Below are positions 52,265 to 62,193 of a DNA stretch of 64,000 bases, piece by piece; positions within the stretch are counted from its first letter, which is position 1, and the number at the start of each line of letters is the position of its first letter. The position numbers and the translations under genes are program-made. The stretch lies in assembly GCA_963777605.1 (NCBI GenBank), contig CAVZRV010000011.1:448001-512000 (forward strand). Reading direction: 5' to 3'. Below the pieces are notes generated by a model. The model searched no databases. It saw nothing but the letters and a program-made list of their open reading frames with translations, and had not been told where the DNA came from. Source of the stretch: an uncultured Acidobacteriota bacterium (GTDB lineage Bacteria > Acidobacteriota > UBA6911 > RPQK01 > JAPXNP01).

Positions 52265-52462
52265 ATGCTCGATTCGGCCTTCGAAGAAGCCTGGCTGGCA
52301 GCGATTTCAACGGCGCTGGACCAAGCCTTTCGAGCACTGGAAAAGGGAAATCCCGGAAAATCGGGCTACCTGCGGATCGGACACCTTTACCGCGACTACT
52401 TCCTCGCCCTGTTTCAACGCAACCTGGAATCTACTTCCAGGAAACCGTCAGCCCGGAGATGA
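52265..52462 (+). CDS. Small hypothetical protein
   Basis: MLDSAFEEAWLAAISTALDQAFRALE... amphipathic, protein-like 65 aa filling the gap; no family recognised. Confidence 0.4.
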   Translation: MLDSAFEEAWLAAISTALDQAFRALEKGNPGKSGYLRIGHLYRDYFLALFQRNLESTSRKPSARR

Positions 52463-53021
52463 AACGGATCGTCTCCCGGGTATCCGAACCGGGGTCGTGG
52501 AACTTGGCTTCAGCCACCCAGTTGAGGTGCGGGACAATTTTCGCGCGAAACCCTCCGCCCAATGTTCCGAACCACTTCTTGGTACTTTCCTTCCCGGATT
52601 CTTCGCGGCCGGGGATGGCATCCGGGTTGAAGATATGTCGGTTGTTGTACAGGGCCCCGAAGCCGGCCTCGGCGAAAAGGCCCCACCTTCCGGCCCGAAG
52701 GAAGTGATACTGGAGGTCAAGATCGACCAACTGCCGGTTCCGTTTCACTTCACCGTATGGCGACCCCGCCACCGTCTCCGAAAACGGTTCTCGCCCGATG
52801 CGAGACCAGTCGGCCGAAACCGCGAAATGGTCTGTAGGCCAAAGGTTCAGCCAAACCCCATGCTCGCCCCCACTTTCCGTGCCGAGGATCGTGTCGTCAG
52901 TCAAAACGGCGTAACCAACGTGAAAACCACCCTCCAGGTTCTGTGAGAATCCGATCGAGACCGTCAACGGGAGAACCAGCACAAGCAGTGCGAACAATCG
53001 CAGCCGAAGGCCTGACATCAT
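52431..53021 (-). CDS. Outer-membrane beta-barrel protein
   Basis: Signal peptide, alternating amphipathic strands, C-terminal FISGLTVSWK. Confidence 0.75.
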   Translation of the reverse strand: MMSGLRLRLFALLVLVLPLTVSIGFSQNLEGGFHVGYAVLTDDTILGTESGGEHGVWLNLWPTDHFAVSADWSRIGREPFSETVAGSPYGEVKRNRQLVDLDLQYHFLRAGRWGLFAEAGFGALYNNRHIFNPDAIPGREESGKESTKKWFGTLGGGFRAKIVPHLNWVAEAKFHDPGSDTRETIRFISGLTVSWK

Positions 53022-53090
53022 GCGACAGGAGTGTAGCAGCTTTCCCGGGTTTGCGTTGGGATCGCCAGACAATCCATAATCTAACGGCCA

Positions 53091-53588
53091 ATGGAACGAG
53101 AAGTAGCGGCGATTTACCCCGGTTCATTCGATCCTGTCACCAACGGCCATCTCGACATCATCGAGCGCGGCCGTCACCTTTTCGACCGAATCCTGGTCGC
53201 AGTTTCTGTTAACGTGGACAAGCACCCGCTCTTCAGCCTCGAAGAACGTATCGCAATGCTTGGGGCTGTCACAAAGCAGTGGGATAATGTGGAAGTCGAT
53301 CGATTCGACGGCTTGTTGGTGACCTACGCCATGGACAGGGGTGTCCGGGCTATCGTTCGCGGAATCAGAGCCGTCAGCGACTTCGACTACGAGTTTCAGA
53401 TGGCACTGATGAACCGGCGGCTCGAGAACAGGCTGGAAACGGTGTTCCTGGTTCCGGCCGAGGCGTACACCTATCTGAGCTCGAGCCTGGTCAAGGAAGT
53501 TGCGTCGCTGGGAGGGGATATCGGGGGGCTGGTTCCTCCCGAAGTGGAAGTTCTGCTTCAGAAAAAGCTGTCGGATAGGCGAAAATAG
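53091..53588 (+). CDS. coaD: Phosphopantetheine adenylyltransferase
   Basis: YPGSFDPVTNGHLDII, RGIRAVSDFDYE, SSSLVKE. Confidence 0.98.
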   Translation: MEREVAAIYPGSFDPVTNGHLDIIERGRHLFDRILVAVSVNVDKHPLFSLEERIAMLGAVTKQWDNVEVDRFDGLLVTYAMDRGVRAIVRGIRAVSDFDYEFQMALMNRRLENRLETVFLVPAEAYTYLSSSLVKEVASLGGDIGGLVPPEVEVLLQKKLSDRRK

Positions 53589-53617
53589 ACCTCGCCGGAG
53601 TCTTGGAGGACGGTTGA

Positions 53618-54907
53618 ATGACTAAACCGGGGAAATGGGTAACGCTCAGTGGCTCAGTTGCAGTCGTCTTGCTGGCAGGGATATTGGTTTTGCGTTGGAG
53701 TGCTGACAGCCCCGCTCCTGAGGACACCTCGTCACAAGCGATGTTAGTTCGGGGTCCGGTGGGCCCTCCGGTCCCTCCCGAACTCCAGGTTGAGCGGATC
53801 GAAGACCGGTTTCCCGCGCGATCGACACTTCGCGATTTGCTGGTGCCGCTGGGCTTCTCGCCCCAGGACATCCACAAACTCATCACCGAGACCCGTGAAC
53901 AATACGACCTCAACCGGGTCATGGCAGGCCACCGTTACGCCGTTGAGCGGTTCGGGGACGGCCGCTTCAAGCAACTGGAGTACGACATCGACGAGAGCCG
54001 GTACCTGACGGTTCGGCAAGACAGCGGCCAGTTCGAAGCGGAGATCCAGCAGCGCGTATTCGACACCGAGACCGTGAAAATCTCGGGAGTGATCAAGGAC
54101 AGCTTCTGGAATGCCTTGATTGCCGAAGGGGAGTCGGGACAGCTGGTCATGTCCATGCACGAACTCCTGCAGTGGGACGTCGATTTCACGACCATCCAGC
54201 CCGACGACTCCTTCAAGGCGATTTTCGAGAAGCAGTACTACCAGGGCGAGTTCGTCAAATATGGCGAGATCCAGGCCCTGGAGTTCACCAACGGCGGCCG
54301 CTCCTTCTATGCATTCAAGTTTGATGACCCAAAGACCGGGAAGGCCCGTTACTACGACCAGGATGGGAAAGGAGTCAAGAAGGCGTTCCTGAAGGTCCCC
54401 TTCAAGTATGACTACCGGATTTCATCCGGCTTCTCCTACTCCAGGCTCCATCCCGTTCTGGGCAAGAGGAGACCTCATTACGGGATCGACTACGCTGCTC
54501 CAACCGGAACTCCGGTACTGGCTTCAGCTTCCGGTCGGGTGGTCTCAGCAGGTTGGAACGGCGGATCCGGGAAAATGGTCAAGATTCGGCACGCGAACGG
54601 ATATTACACGTACTACCTCCACCTCTCCAGGATCCTGGTCAAGGCCGGGGCTTCTGTTGGCCAGGGAGACCGAATCGGGCTGGTGGGATCGACCGGTTTG
54701 GCGACCGGCCCCCATCTCGATTACCGAATCCAGGATCGCAAAGGCCGATTCCTGAATCCGAAGAAGTACGTCGCACTTCCCTCGGAAACCGGCTTGCCCA
54801 AGGAACTGATGAAGGATTTTGCCACGATCCGGGATGCCTACATGCAGCAGCTCAAGGAAATCCCCAGCAAGGAAACCCTTCCCCGAGGTGTCGCCGTCGC
54901 CGGGTAA
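53618..54907 (+). CDS. M23 family peptidoglycan DD-endopeptidase (MepM-like)
   Basis: N-terminal TM, HYGIDYAAPTGTP, YLHL, STGLATGPHLDY. Confidence 0.92.
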   Translation: MTKPGKWVTLSGSVAVVLLAGILVLRWSADSPAPEDTSSQAMLVRGPVGPPVPPELQVERIEDRFPARSTLRDLLVPLGFSPQDIHKLITETREQYDLNRVMAGHRYAVERFGDGRFKQLEYDIDESRYLTVRQDSGQFEAEIQQRVFDTETVKISGVIKDSFWNALIAEGESGQLVMSMHELLQWDVDFTTIQPDDSFKAIFEKQYYQGEFVKYGEIQALEFTNGGRSFYAFKFDDPKTGKARYYDQDGKGVKKAFLKVPFKYDYRISSGFSYSRLHPVLGKRRPHYGIDYAAPTGTPVLASASGRVVSAGWNGGSGKMVKIRHANGYYTYYLHLSRILVKAGASVGQGDRIGLVGSTGLATGPHLDYRIQDRKGRFLNPKKYVALPSETGLPKELMKDFATIRDAYMQQLKEIPSKETLPRGVAVAG

Positions 54908-54998
54908 CCCGGATTTGCAGGTCCTCGCCGAATTGAGTTCCGGCGAGCGTCTCAGACACCTGTTCAGGTAGCAACTTCCACGAGTCCCCGGCCGCCTT

Positions 54999-55607
54999 TC
55001 AGTAGAACTGCCGGCGAGCCTCGCGGCGGCCTCGATGTTCGATATGGAGGACCTCGTAGTCCTGCCGAATGTCCGGAGAATCGAAGTTGATCTGGTTGAT
55101 CTGCTGGGCAATCGTCTCGAAGTCCAGGCAATCCACCGGTTCGAGGGTGAAGCGACTGTCCCCGAGTTCGATGGTAACCTGCCGCAGAGTCTCAAACCCT
55201 TCGAAATCACCGAGAAGATCGAGCCCGATGAAACTGTCTCCCTGAACCTTGAGATACCTCAAGTAGTATGGATCCTCGATAATTCCGGTGTCGATGGAGA
55301 ATTTCTCGATCTCCGCCTCCCCCTTGTGGTCGTTGATCAGGTGAATCTGGCTTGGGCGCAGATCCCATTGCCCCTCGATGAAAGTGATGATGTTGAGTAT
55401 CGGAGCTGAGTTGCCCGAGGCGGTTCGAGTAACCTCCAGGGTCCAGATGAACTGGTTGTCGATGAAAACGTGACAGGCTGAAGACTTGGGGGATGTCTCG
55501 GGCGCGGCGGGCGTCTGTGGCTGAGCCACCGCGAACGGCGCGATCGAAAGGATCAGCCATGCTGCCAGGATTCTGCCGGCACGTCGGGAGTTCAAAATTC
55601 GAGCCAT
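54999..55607 (-). CDS. Secreted hypothetical protein
   Basis: Signal peptide ending AVA-Q, beta-rich, two Cys; lies downstream of pyrF. Confidence 0.65.
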   Translation of the reverse strand: MARILNSRRAGRILAAWLILSIAPFAVAQPQTPAAPETSPKSSACHVFIDNQFIWTLEVTRTASGNSAPILNIITFIEGQWDLRPSQIHLINDHKGEAEIEKFSIDTGIIEDPYYLRYLKVQGDSFIGLDLLGDFEGFETLRQVTIELGDSRFTLEPVDCLDFETIAQQINQINFDSPDIRQDYEVLHIEHRGRREARRQFY

Positions 55608-55669
55608 AGTTCCCGCTCACCCGAACTTACCGCCGCCACGCCTCCCTCCAAACCGGAGGCGGAAGTCGC

Positions 55670-56398
55670 TCAATCCAAGATAGCACGTCGGATTTCCGCA
55701 AGCATCCGTTCGGCTGCCTCCACCGGGTCGGCCGCCTTCAAAATGGGTCTCCCAACTACCAGGTAACGGGCTCCTGCCTGGATGGCTTCGGCCGCGGTCA
55801 TGACCCGTTTTTGATCGTCGGCCGCCGCATCGGCGGGGCGTATTCCCGGGGTCACGAAGAACAGCCGTTCCAGCCCCTCGATCTTCAGACGGTTCAACTC
55901 GAGGGGAGAACAAACGATTCCGTCGAGACCGGCTTTCTCGGCCAGGTGAGCCAGCCTGGGAACGAGTCTTTCGACCGATTCAGCGAAACCGACCGCTCCC
56001 GTCTCCTCGTCCGAAAGGCTCGTCAAGATGGTCACTCCCAGCAACTCGGGAACCGGATTGCCACCGGCCCGATGCTGATCGACCACCTCCCGCGCCCGTC
56101 GCATCATGGAAAGCCCACCCGACGTGTGCAGAGTCAGCATTTGGACGCCCAGCTTGCAGGCTTCTGACACGGCATTGCCGACGGTGTTGGGAATGTCGTG
56201 CAGCTTCAGATCGAGAAAAACCCTCCCGCCCGCATCCAGGATAGGCTCGACAATCGAAGGGCCGTAGGCCGTGTAAAGCTGCAGGCCGATTTTGAACGTA
56301 CCGACCAGATCCTTCAGGAGAGTTGCCATCTCCAGGGCCCGGTCCCGTTCCGGAAGATCGAGGGCGAGAATCAAGTGCCGACGAGGGTCGCTGGCCAT
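55670..56398 (-). CDS. pyrF: Orotidine-5'-phosphate decarboxylase
   Basis: LALD, FLDLKLHDIPNTV, VTPGIRP, DDQKR, VVGRPI. Confidence 0.97.
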   Translation of the reverse strand: MASDPRRHLILALDLPERDRALEMATLLKDLVGTFKIGLQLYTAYGPSIVEPILDAGGRVFLDLKLHDIPNTVGNAVSEACKLGVQMLTLHTSGGLSMMRRAREVVDQHRAGGNPVPELLGVTILTSLSDEETGAVGFAESVERLVPRLAHLAEKAGLDGIVCSPLELNRLKIEGLERLFFVTPGIRPADAAADDQKRVMTAAEAIQAGARYLVVGRPILKAADPVEAAERMLAEIRRAILD

Positions 56399-56412
56399 TG
56401 CTATTTCCCTTT

Positions 56413-57357
56413 TCAATAGTAGACGAACTCCCCGGCTGGAATCGGTTTGAGCGAACCGACCAGTTCTCGAATGGAGGAGATGCGGTGCTCAATGCAAAAC
56501 TGTCGCAATTCTTCGACGATGTTGCGCGCGGACTTGGGATTGACAAAATTCGCGGTTCCCACCTGGACGGCCGAAGCGCCGGCAATCAGGAACTCGAGTG
56601 CGTCCCGGGCCGAGGAGATGCCTCCGATACCCACCACCGGAATCTTCACGGAACGGGCTGCCTCGTAGACCATCCGGACCGCCAGCGGACGAATCGCCGG
56701 ACCCGACAAGCCCCCGGTGGTATTCGACAGCATGGGACGCCGTTTGACCACGTCGATCGCCATCCCGACGAACGTGTTGACCAGTGTCACGGCGTCGGCT
56801 CCCGCCGATTCACAGGCCCGGGCGAACACCCGAATGTCGGTCACGTTGGGGGAGAGCTTGACCCAAACCGGCTTGTCCGTAGCCGCTCGAACACCCGCCA
56901 CCACCTGGTAAGTCATTTCGGGGTCGTGTCCGAACTGCATCCCCCCTTCCTTGATATTCGGGCAGGAGATGTTGAGTTCGAATGCGCTGACTTTGGAATA
57001 GGGCGCCAACTTTTCCACAATCTGAACGAACTCTTCGATCGATTTGCCGAGGATGTTGGCGATGATGTGGCAATCGCACGTCTCCAACTGGGGCAGCTTC
57101 TCGCTGATGAAAACGTCCACCCCGACGTTCTCGAGCCCAATGGCATTCAGCATCCCGGCCGGGGTCTCGACAATCCTGCCCGGGGCATTCCCGGCCATGG
57201 GATTGAGCGACAGGCCCTTGGTGCAAAAACCACCTAACTGGGAGATATCGAAAAACCTCGAGAACTCAACGCCATAACCGAACGTCCCCGAGGCAGTCAG
57301 AACCGGGTTCTTGAACCGGAGTCCCCCAAACTCGATGGAAAGATCGACATCACTCAT
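56413..57357 (-). CDS. pyrD: Dihydroorotate dehydrogenase 1B catalytic subunit
   Basis: NPVLTASGTFGYG, MLNAIGLEN, ELNISCPN, VKLSPNV, GGLSGPAIRP. Confidence 0.97.
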   Translation of the reverse strand: MSDVDLSIEFGGLRFKNPVLTASGTFGYGVEFSRFFDISQLGGFCTKGLSLNPMAGNAPGRIVETPAGMLNAIGLENVGVDVFISEKLPQLETCDCHIIANILGKSIEEFVQIVEKLAPYSKVSAFELNISCPNIKEGGMQFGHDPEMTYQVVAGVRAATDKPVWVKLSPNVTDIRVFARACESAGADAVTLVNTFVGMAIDVVKRRPMLSNTTGGLSGPAIRPLAVRMVYEAARSVKIPVVGIGGISSARDALEFLIAGASAVQVGTANFVNPKSARNIVEELRQFCIEHRISSIRELVGSLKPIPAGEFVYY

Positions 57358-58184
57358 GATTCCGCCCCGACCTCCCGGCAGGAATGCTCCCACTCGAACT
57401 CCGCCGCATCGAATACGGGTCCGTGAGTGCAGGCCAGCCGGTAGGATCCTTTCGTTTTGACGGTACAGCCCAGGCAGACCCCAAAACCGCAAGCCATTTT
57501 CACTTCGACCGATAGCTGGCAAGGAATATCCCGCTCGACGGCGACTTGGGAAACCGCCTGCATCATGGCTGTCGGACCGCATGTGTAGATGTTGGCGAGC
57601 CGGTCTGGGAACTCGGTCAGCACCCTGTTCAAACCATCGGTTACAAGCCCGCGGACGCCCGCTGAGCCGTCTTCCGTCGTCACCACGATCGGCATCCCGA
57701 GAGCCTGAAATTCCTTCAGTCCGACCAGGTCCTCGTTTGATCGCCCACCGTACACGAGGCGGGCATCTTCCCCTTCTCTGAGGAGCTGTTCGGCGAGTAG
57801 ATAGACCGAAGCGATTCCGGTCCCCCCCGCCACCAGAAGGCTAATGCGAGAGCGCGCACGCTCGAGGTCAAAGCCGTTACCCAAAGGCCCCACCAGGTCG
57901 AGCAGGGCGCCGGCTCTCAGCTCAGCCAGCCGGCGTGTCCCCTCTCCGACAACTCGCAGGAGGAGAGTGATCTGCGGCGTCCCACTCTTCCGGTCTGAAA
58001 CGGTGTAGACCGCCAGGGCACGTTTGAGGAGCGGGTTGGGAACCACGGACTGGCCCGCGGCCGCGACCATCACGAACTGACCCGGAAGGACGGAAAGAGC
58101 GATTTCCGGCGCCGCGACGGTCAGGACGTAGTTATCCCTGGGCAATGAATGGACAGCAGTCAACGGGGCTGACGTCTGAATCAC
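57354..58184 (-). CDS. pyrK: Dihydroorotate dehydrogenase electron transfer subunit
   Basis: PGQFV, GPLGNGF, AGGTG, CGP, MACGFGVCLGC...C 2Fe-2S motif. Confidence 0.93.
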   Translation of the reverse strand: MIQTSAPLTAVHSLPRDNYVLTVAAPEIALSVLPGQFVMVAAAGQSVVPNPLLKRALAVYTVSDRKSGTPQITLLLRVVGEGTRRLAELRAGALLDLVGPLGNGFDLERARSRISLLVAGGTGIASVYLLAEQLLREGEDARLVYGGRSNEDLVGLKEFQALGMPIVVTTEDGSAGVRGLVTDGLNRVLTEFPDRLANIYTCGPTAMMQAVSQVAVERDIPCQLSVEVKMACGFGVCLGCTVKTKGSYRLACTHGPVFDAAEFEWEHSCREVGAES

Positions 58185-58372
58185 GCCCGCAAGAATAGCA
58201 CAGCCTTCCGGAGCCGATAACGGGCGTCAAAACGCTCCGGAAAAGCCGCATTTGGAGCCCCGCAGAGGGACGATCGGACACTTCAATCAACAACGCCTGG
58301 GGCATCCGGATCGTGTCGTCCCGCTTTCTTCGGCAGGGGATTTCCGCTATTATCCCTTGGCGAGAAGCTCCT

Positions 58373-58966
58373 ATGGGAATCAAGTATCTGCGCCGACTCA
58401 TGAAACCGCGAGAGATGGACCTTGCCCTCTCGCGAATCGCCGCCGAAATCATCGAGGATCACTCCGACCTGAGTGATGTAGCGCTGGTCGGGATTCGTCG
58501 AAGAGGGATTCCGCTGGCGGAATCCCTGCTCAAGAAGATCAAGAAGCTTGCGGACGTCGAACTCCCGTTGGGAAAACTAGACATCACTTTCTACCGGGAT
58601 GATTTGACCCTGGTTGCCACGCAACCAGTGGTGGAAGCCTCCCACCTGAGTTTTAAGGTTGAAGGCAAGACCGTTATCCTGGTTGACGACGTTCTGTTTA
58701 CGGGGAGAACCACGAGAGCGGCGCTGGAAAGCATTCTCGACTATGGGCGACCCAAGTGTATCGAGTTGGTGGTCCTTCTCGACAGAGGGCACCGGGAACT
58801 TCCCATACAGGCCGATTACGTGGGCAAGTATGTGGAGACGACCACGAGCGAGGTCGTTGAGGTTCGAGTACCGTCGATCGATGACGAAGAAGGGGTCTTT
58901 GTGACGACCCCGGAACTGTTGAAGCAGTCGGACGTGTCGGGATCGGCGGACAGCGGTCAACATTAA
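58373..58966 (+). CDS. pyrR: PyrR regulator / uracil phosphoribosyltransferase
   Basis: RIAAEIIE, LDITFYRDD, VDDVLFTGRT, DRGHRELPIQADYVGK. Confidence 0.96.
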   Translation: MGIKYLRRLMKPREMDLALSRIAAEIIEDHSDLSDVALVGIRRRGIPLAESLLKKIKKLADVELPLGKLDITFYRDDLTLVATQPVVEASHLSFKVEGKTVILVDDVLFTGRTTRAALESILDYGRPKCIELVVLLDRGHRELPIQADYVGKYVETTTSEVVEVRVPSIDDEEGVFVTTPELLKQSDVSGSADSGQH

Positions 58967-59025
58967 CCTGATGAGTGAGGCGGAGAGCCGTTTCTCTCTT
59001 CAAAAAGAAGTGGGCGCGCCAACCT

Positions 59026-59964
59026 ATGCCATTAAGTGGGAAGCATCTGCTTGGTATAGCCGGTCTACCGGTCTCTGATATTCGGCTGATCCTGAACACG
59101 GCGAAGAGTTTTCGGGAGATCTCCTCGCGTCCGATCAAGAAGGTTCCGACGCTTCGTGGCCGGACCGTGATCAACCTGTTCTACGAGCCTTCGACCCGCA
59201 CTCGCTCGTCTTTCGAAATCGCCGAGAAACGGCTCAGTGCCGATTCACTCAATTTCAGCATTTCGACAAGCAGTGTGAGCAAGGGGGAATCGCTGATCGA
59301 CACCGGGATGAACCTGCTCTCAATGAATCCCGATGTCATCATCATCCGTCACGCGTCTGCGGGAGCGCCTCACCTGCTGGCTCAACACCTTCGGAGTTGT
59401 TCGATTGTCAACGCTGGAGACGGGATGCACGAGCATCCGACCCAGGCTCTGCTCGACGCACTCACGATCGAAGACAGGAAGGGCCGGTTCGAGGGTCTGA
59501 AGATTGCCATTGTGGGGGACATCTCCCACAGCCGAGTCGCCAGGTCCGACGCCATCCTTCTGACCAAGATGGGCGCAGACGTTTGGATCTGTGGACCTCC
59601 CACGTTGATTCCCATGGACTTCAATCGGTATGGCGTCAACATCACATACCAGGCGCGAGAAGCCCTCACTGGGGCCGACGTCGTCATGATGTTGCGCACT
59701 CAGCGTGAACGCCAGAAAGAAGTCTTTTACCCCTCGGTCAAGGAATTTTTCAACCTCTACGGGCTCGACCGGCAGAAGCTGTCCTGGGCCAAAAAGGACG
59801 CCATCGTCATGCATCCGGGCCCCATCAACAGAGGGGTCGAGATCGATCCGGATGTTGCGGACGGCCTGGAATCGGTGATCCTGGAGCAGGTCACGAACGG
59901 CGTTGCCGTCAGGATGGCGGTGCTGTATCTCATTCTTGGTGCCAGCGAGGAAGGTTCTAAATGA
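59026..59964 (+). CDS. pyrB: Aspartate carbamoyltransferase catalytic subunit
   Basis: [34 protein letters not shown]. Confidence 0.98.
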   Translation: MPLSGKHLLGIAGLPVSDIRLILNTAKSFREISSRPIKKVPTLRGRTVINLFYEPSTRTRSSFEIAEKRLSADSLNFSISTSSVSKGESLIDTGMNLLSMNPDVIIIRHASAGAPHLLAQHLRSCSIVNAGDGMHEHPTQALLDALTIEDRKGRFEGLKIAIVGDISHSRVARSDAILLTKMGADVWICGPPTLIPMDFNRYGVNITYQAREALTGADVVMMLRTQRERQKEVFYPSVKEFFNLYGLDRQKLSWAKKDAIVMHPGPINRGVEIDPDVADGLESVILEQVTNGVAVRMAVLYLILGASEEGSK

Positions 59965-61238
59965 CGATACTGATCCAGGGTGGGAAGATCATCGATCCGA
60001 GTCAGAATCTGGCCAAGGCGGCCGATCTTCTGATTGAGAAAGGCAAAGTCAAGGAGATCGGGAGTATCACTCCGGCGGATAACTGGGAAATCGTCGATGC
60101 CAAGGGCCTTCTGGTCACCCCTGGGTTGATCGACATGCACGTGCACCTTCGAGAACCGGGACGGGAAGACAAAGAAACGATCGAGACGGGAAGCCGTGCC
60201 GCAGTCGCCGGAGGCTTCACGAGTGTTGCCTGCATGCCCAACACTACCCCAGTAAACGACTGCGAGGCGATCACCCGTTTCATCGTCGAGAAGGCCCGGG
60301 ACAATAAGCTCGCCAACGTCTTTCCGGTAGGGGCGATAACCAAGGGATCGGCGGGAGAGGAACTCGCCGAAATGGGCGAGATGGTGAAGGCTGGAGCCGT
60401 CGCTTTCTCGGACGACGGAAGGCCGGTGCAAAACAATCAGATTATGCGCCGGGCCATGGAGTACGCCAAGATCTTCGACGTTCCCATCCTGGATCACTGC
60501 GAGGACGATCACCTGGCCGCCCGTGGCTGCATGAACGAGAGTTTTGTCTCGACTGAACTCGGCCTTCGGGGGATCAGCGGCGTCGCGGAGGAAATCCAGG
60601 TCATGCGGGACATGATTCTGGCTCGCCTGACCGGAGCCCAAGCCCACATCTGCCACCTCTCAACGCGGGAATCGCTGCGCTGGGTGCGGATCGGCAAGCA
60701 GGACGGCGTCCGGATCAGCTGCGAGGTGGCCCCGCACCACTTCACGCTGACCGACGAGGAAGTGCGCACCTACGACACCAACTTCAAAATGAATCCGCCG
60801 CTCCGCTCCCGTGCCGACGTCGATGCCATGCTCGAAGGACTGTCCGATGGGACCGTCGACTGCATTGCGACCGATCATGCACCCCACACCCGGCTGGACA
60901 AAGAAGTTCCCTTTGACGAAGCCGCCAACGGGATCATCGGCCTGGAGACCTCGATCCCCCTGGTCTGGAACTTCCTGGTTCGGAAAGGGGTCATCGATGA
61001 AAGCCGGGCGGTTGAGCTGATGAGTGTCAACCCGAGCCGGATTCTCGGCTTGGACCGCGGCACGCTCAAGAAGGATGCGGTCGCCGACGTGACGCTTATC
61101 GATCCCGAACGCAAGGTCACCGTTGACGTTTCGAAGTTCAAGTCGAAGAGCCGCAACTGTCCCTACAAGGGATGGGAACTGACCGGGGCTCCGACCATGA
61201 CTATCGTCTCCGGAAAGATCGTCTTCCGGGCGTCCTAG
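59961..61238 (+). CDS. pyrC: Dihydroorotase
   Basis: [28 protein letters not shown]. Confidence 0.97.
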   Translation: MTILIQGGKIIDPSQNLAKAADLLIEKGKVKEIGSITPADNWEIVDAKGLLVTPGLIDMHVHLREPGREDKETIETGSRAAVAGGFTSVACMPNTTPVNDCEAITRFIVEKARDNKLANVFPVGAITKGSAGEELAEMGEMVKAGAVAFSDDGRPVQNNQIMRRAMEYAKIFDVPILDHCEDDHLAARGCMNESFVSTELGLRGISGVAEEIQVMRDMILARLTGAQAHICHLSTRESLRWVRIGKQDGVRISCEVAPHHFTLTDEEVRTYDTNFKMNPPLRSRADVDAMLEGLSDGTVDCIATDHAPHTRLDKEVPFDEAANGIIGLETSIPLVWNFLVRKGVIDESRAVELMSVNPSRILGLDRGTLKKDAVADVTLIDPERKVTVDVSKFKSKSRNCPYKGWELTGAPTMTIVSGKIVFRAS

Positions 61239-61999
61239 AGATCGTACGGCCACGGTCCTTGACTGAACAGACCCCCGTCTACGTAAAGGGTCTGTCCGCT
61301 CACGAAGGCGCCGTCATCGGAGACGAGGTAGGCGACTGCGGCGGCCACGTCGGCGGGCGCACCGATCTTCCGCATCGGGGTGATTGGCGACCAGACCGCC
61401 GCATAGTCGGGTGCTTCGAGCTTCGTCCGTTCGATCTCGATTGCACCCGGGGCCACGCAATTGACGGTGATGCCCAGCGGACCCAGTTCCACTGCTGCGA
61501 CTCGCGTAAACAGATCGATCCCTCCCTTGCTGGCCGTGTAATCGACCAGTTTGGGAAACGGGAGCTTGTTGCAACCCGATCCGATGTTGACGATTCGCCC
61601 CTGGCCCCGCTTTGACATTTCCCGGGCCGCGCGCTGGGTGCAGAGGAACGTCCCTTTCAGGTTGGTTCGCAGGGTCCGGTCCCATTCCGCCTCGCTCAGA
61701 TCGATCAGGGAACTCCAGGTCTGAATTCCGGCGTTGTTGACGAGGACGTCGAGGATACCCCACTCGTCGATCACCGTGTCAAAAAGACGTGCTACCTGGT
61801 CCGAGTAACCGACATCTGCCTGGATGACCAGCGCCTTTCGCCCCCGGGCTTCAATCTCCCGGGCGGTCTCCTCCGCCCCTTCCCGATCACCGGCGTAATT
61901 CACCGCCACATCGAAACCTTCGTCGGCAAGGCGATACGCAATTCCACGCCCGATTCCCTTGCTTGCCCCCGTCACCACGGCGATCTTCCGGTTTTCCAT
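61235..61999 (-). CDS. Short-chain dehydrogenase/reductase
   Basis: TGASKGIG, NNAG, YTASK, VAPG, GQTLYVDGG. Confidence 0.93.
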   Translation of the reverse strand: MENRKIAVVTGASKGIGRGIAYRLADEGFDVAVNYAGDREGAEETAREIEARGRKALVIQADVGYSDQVARLFDTVIDEWGILDVLVNNAGIQTWSSLIDLSEAEWDRTLRTNLKGTFLCTQRAAREMSKRGQGRIVNIGSGCNKLPFPKLVDYTASKGGIDLFTRVAAVELGPLGITVNCVAPGAIEIERTKLEAPDYAAVWSPITPMRKIGAPADVAAAVAYLVSDDGAFVSGQTLYVDGGLFSQGPWPYDL

Positions 62000-62193
62000 G
62001 CTGCCAAATCCTACGGAGAAAGGCACTTGAGAGCAAGCCGGGATCAGAACCAGGTCGGACCCGTTGGACTTGTCGGACCGGTCCGAACTGAAAGCCGGGT
62101 TTCCCGCGGGGCCCGTCCAGTGGGGCCCTTGCCAGTCCCTCTTCTCATTACTAGAATCGCCCCGAGAAAACCCATTTATCAAGGAACTGACTG

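Noticed and set aside
58966-59025. Hammerhead core (CTGATGAG) or PyrR site between pyrR and pyrB
   Set aside because: No correctly placed GAAA or stems; only a weak GAGAG/CTCTC hairpin.
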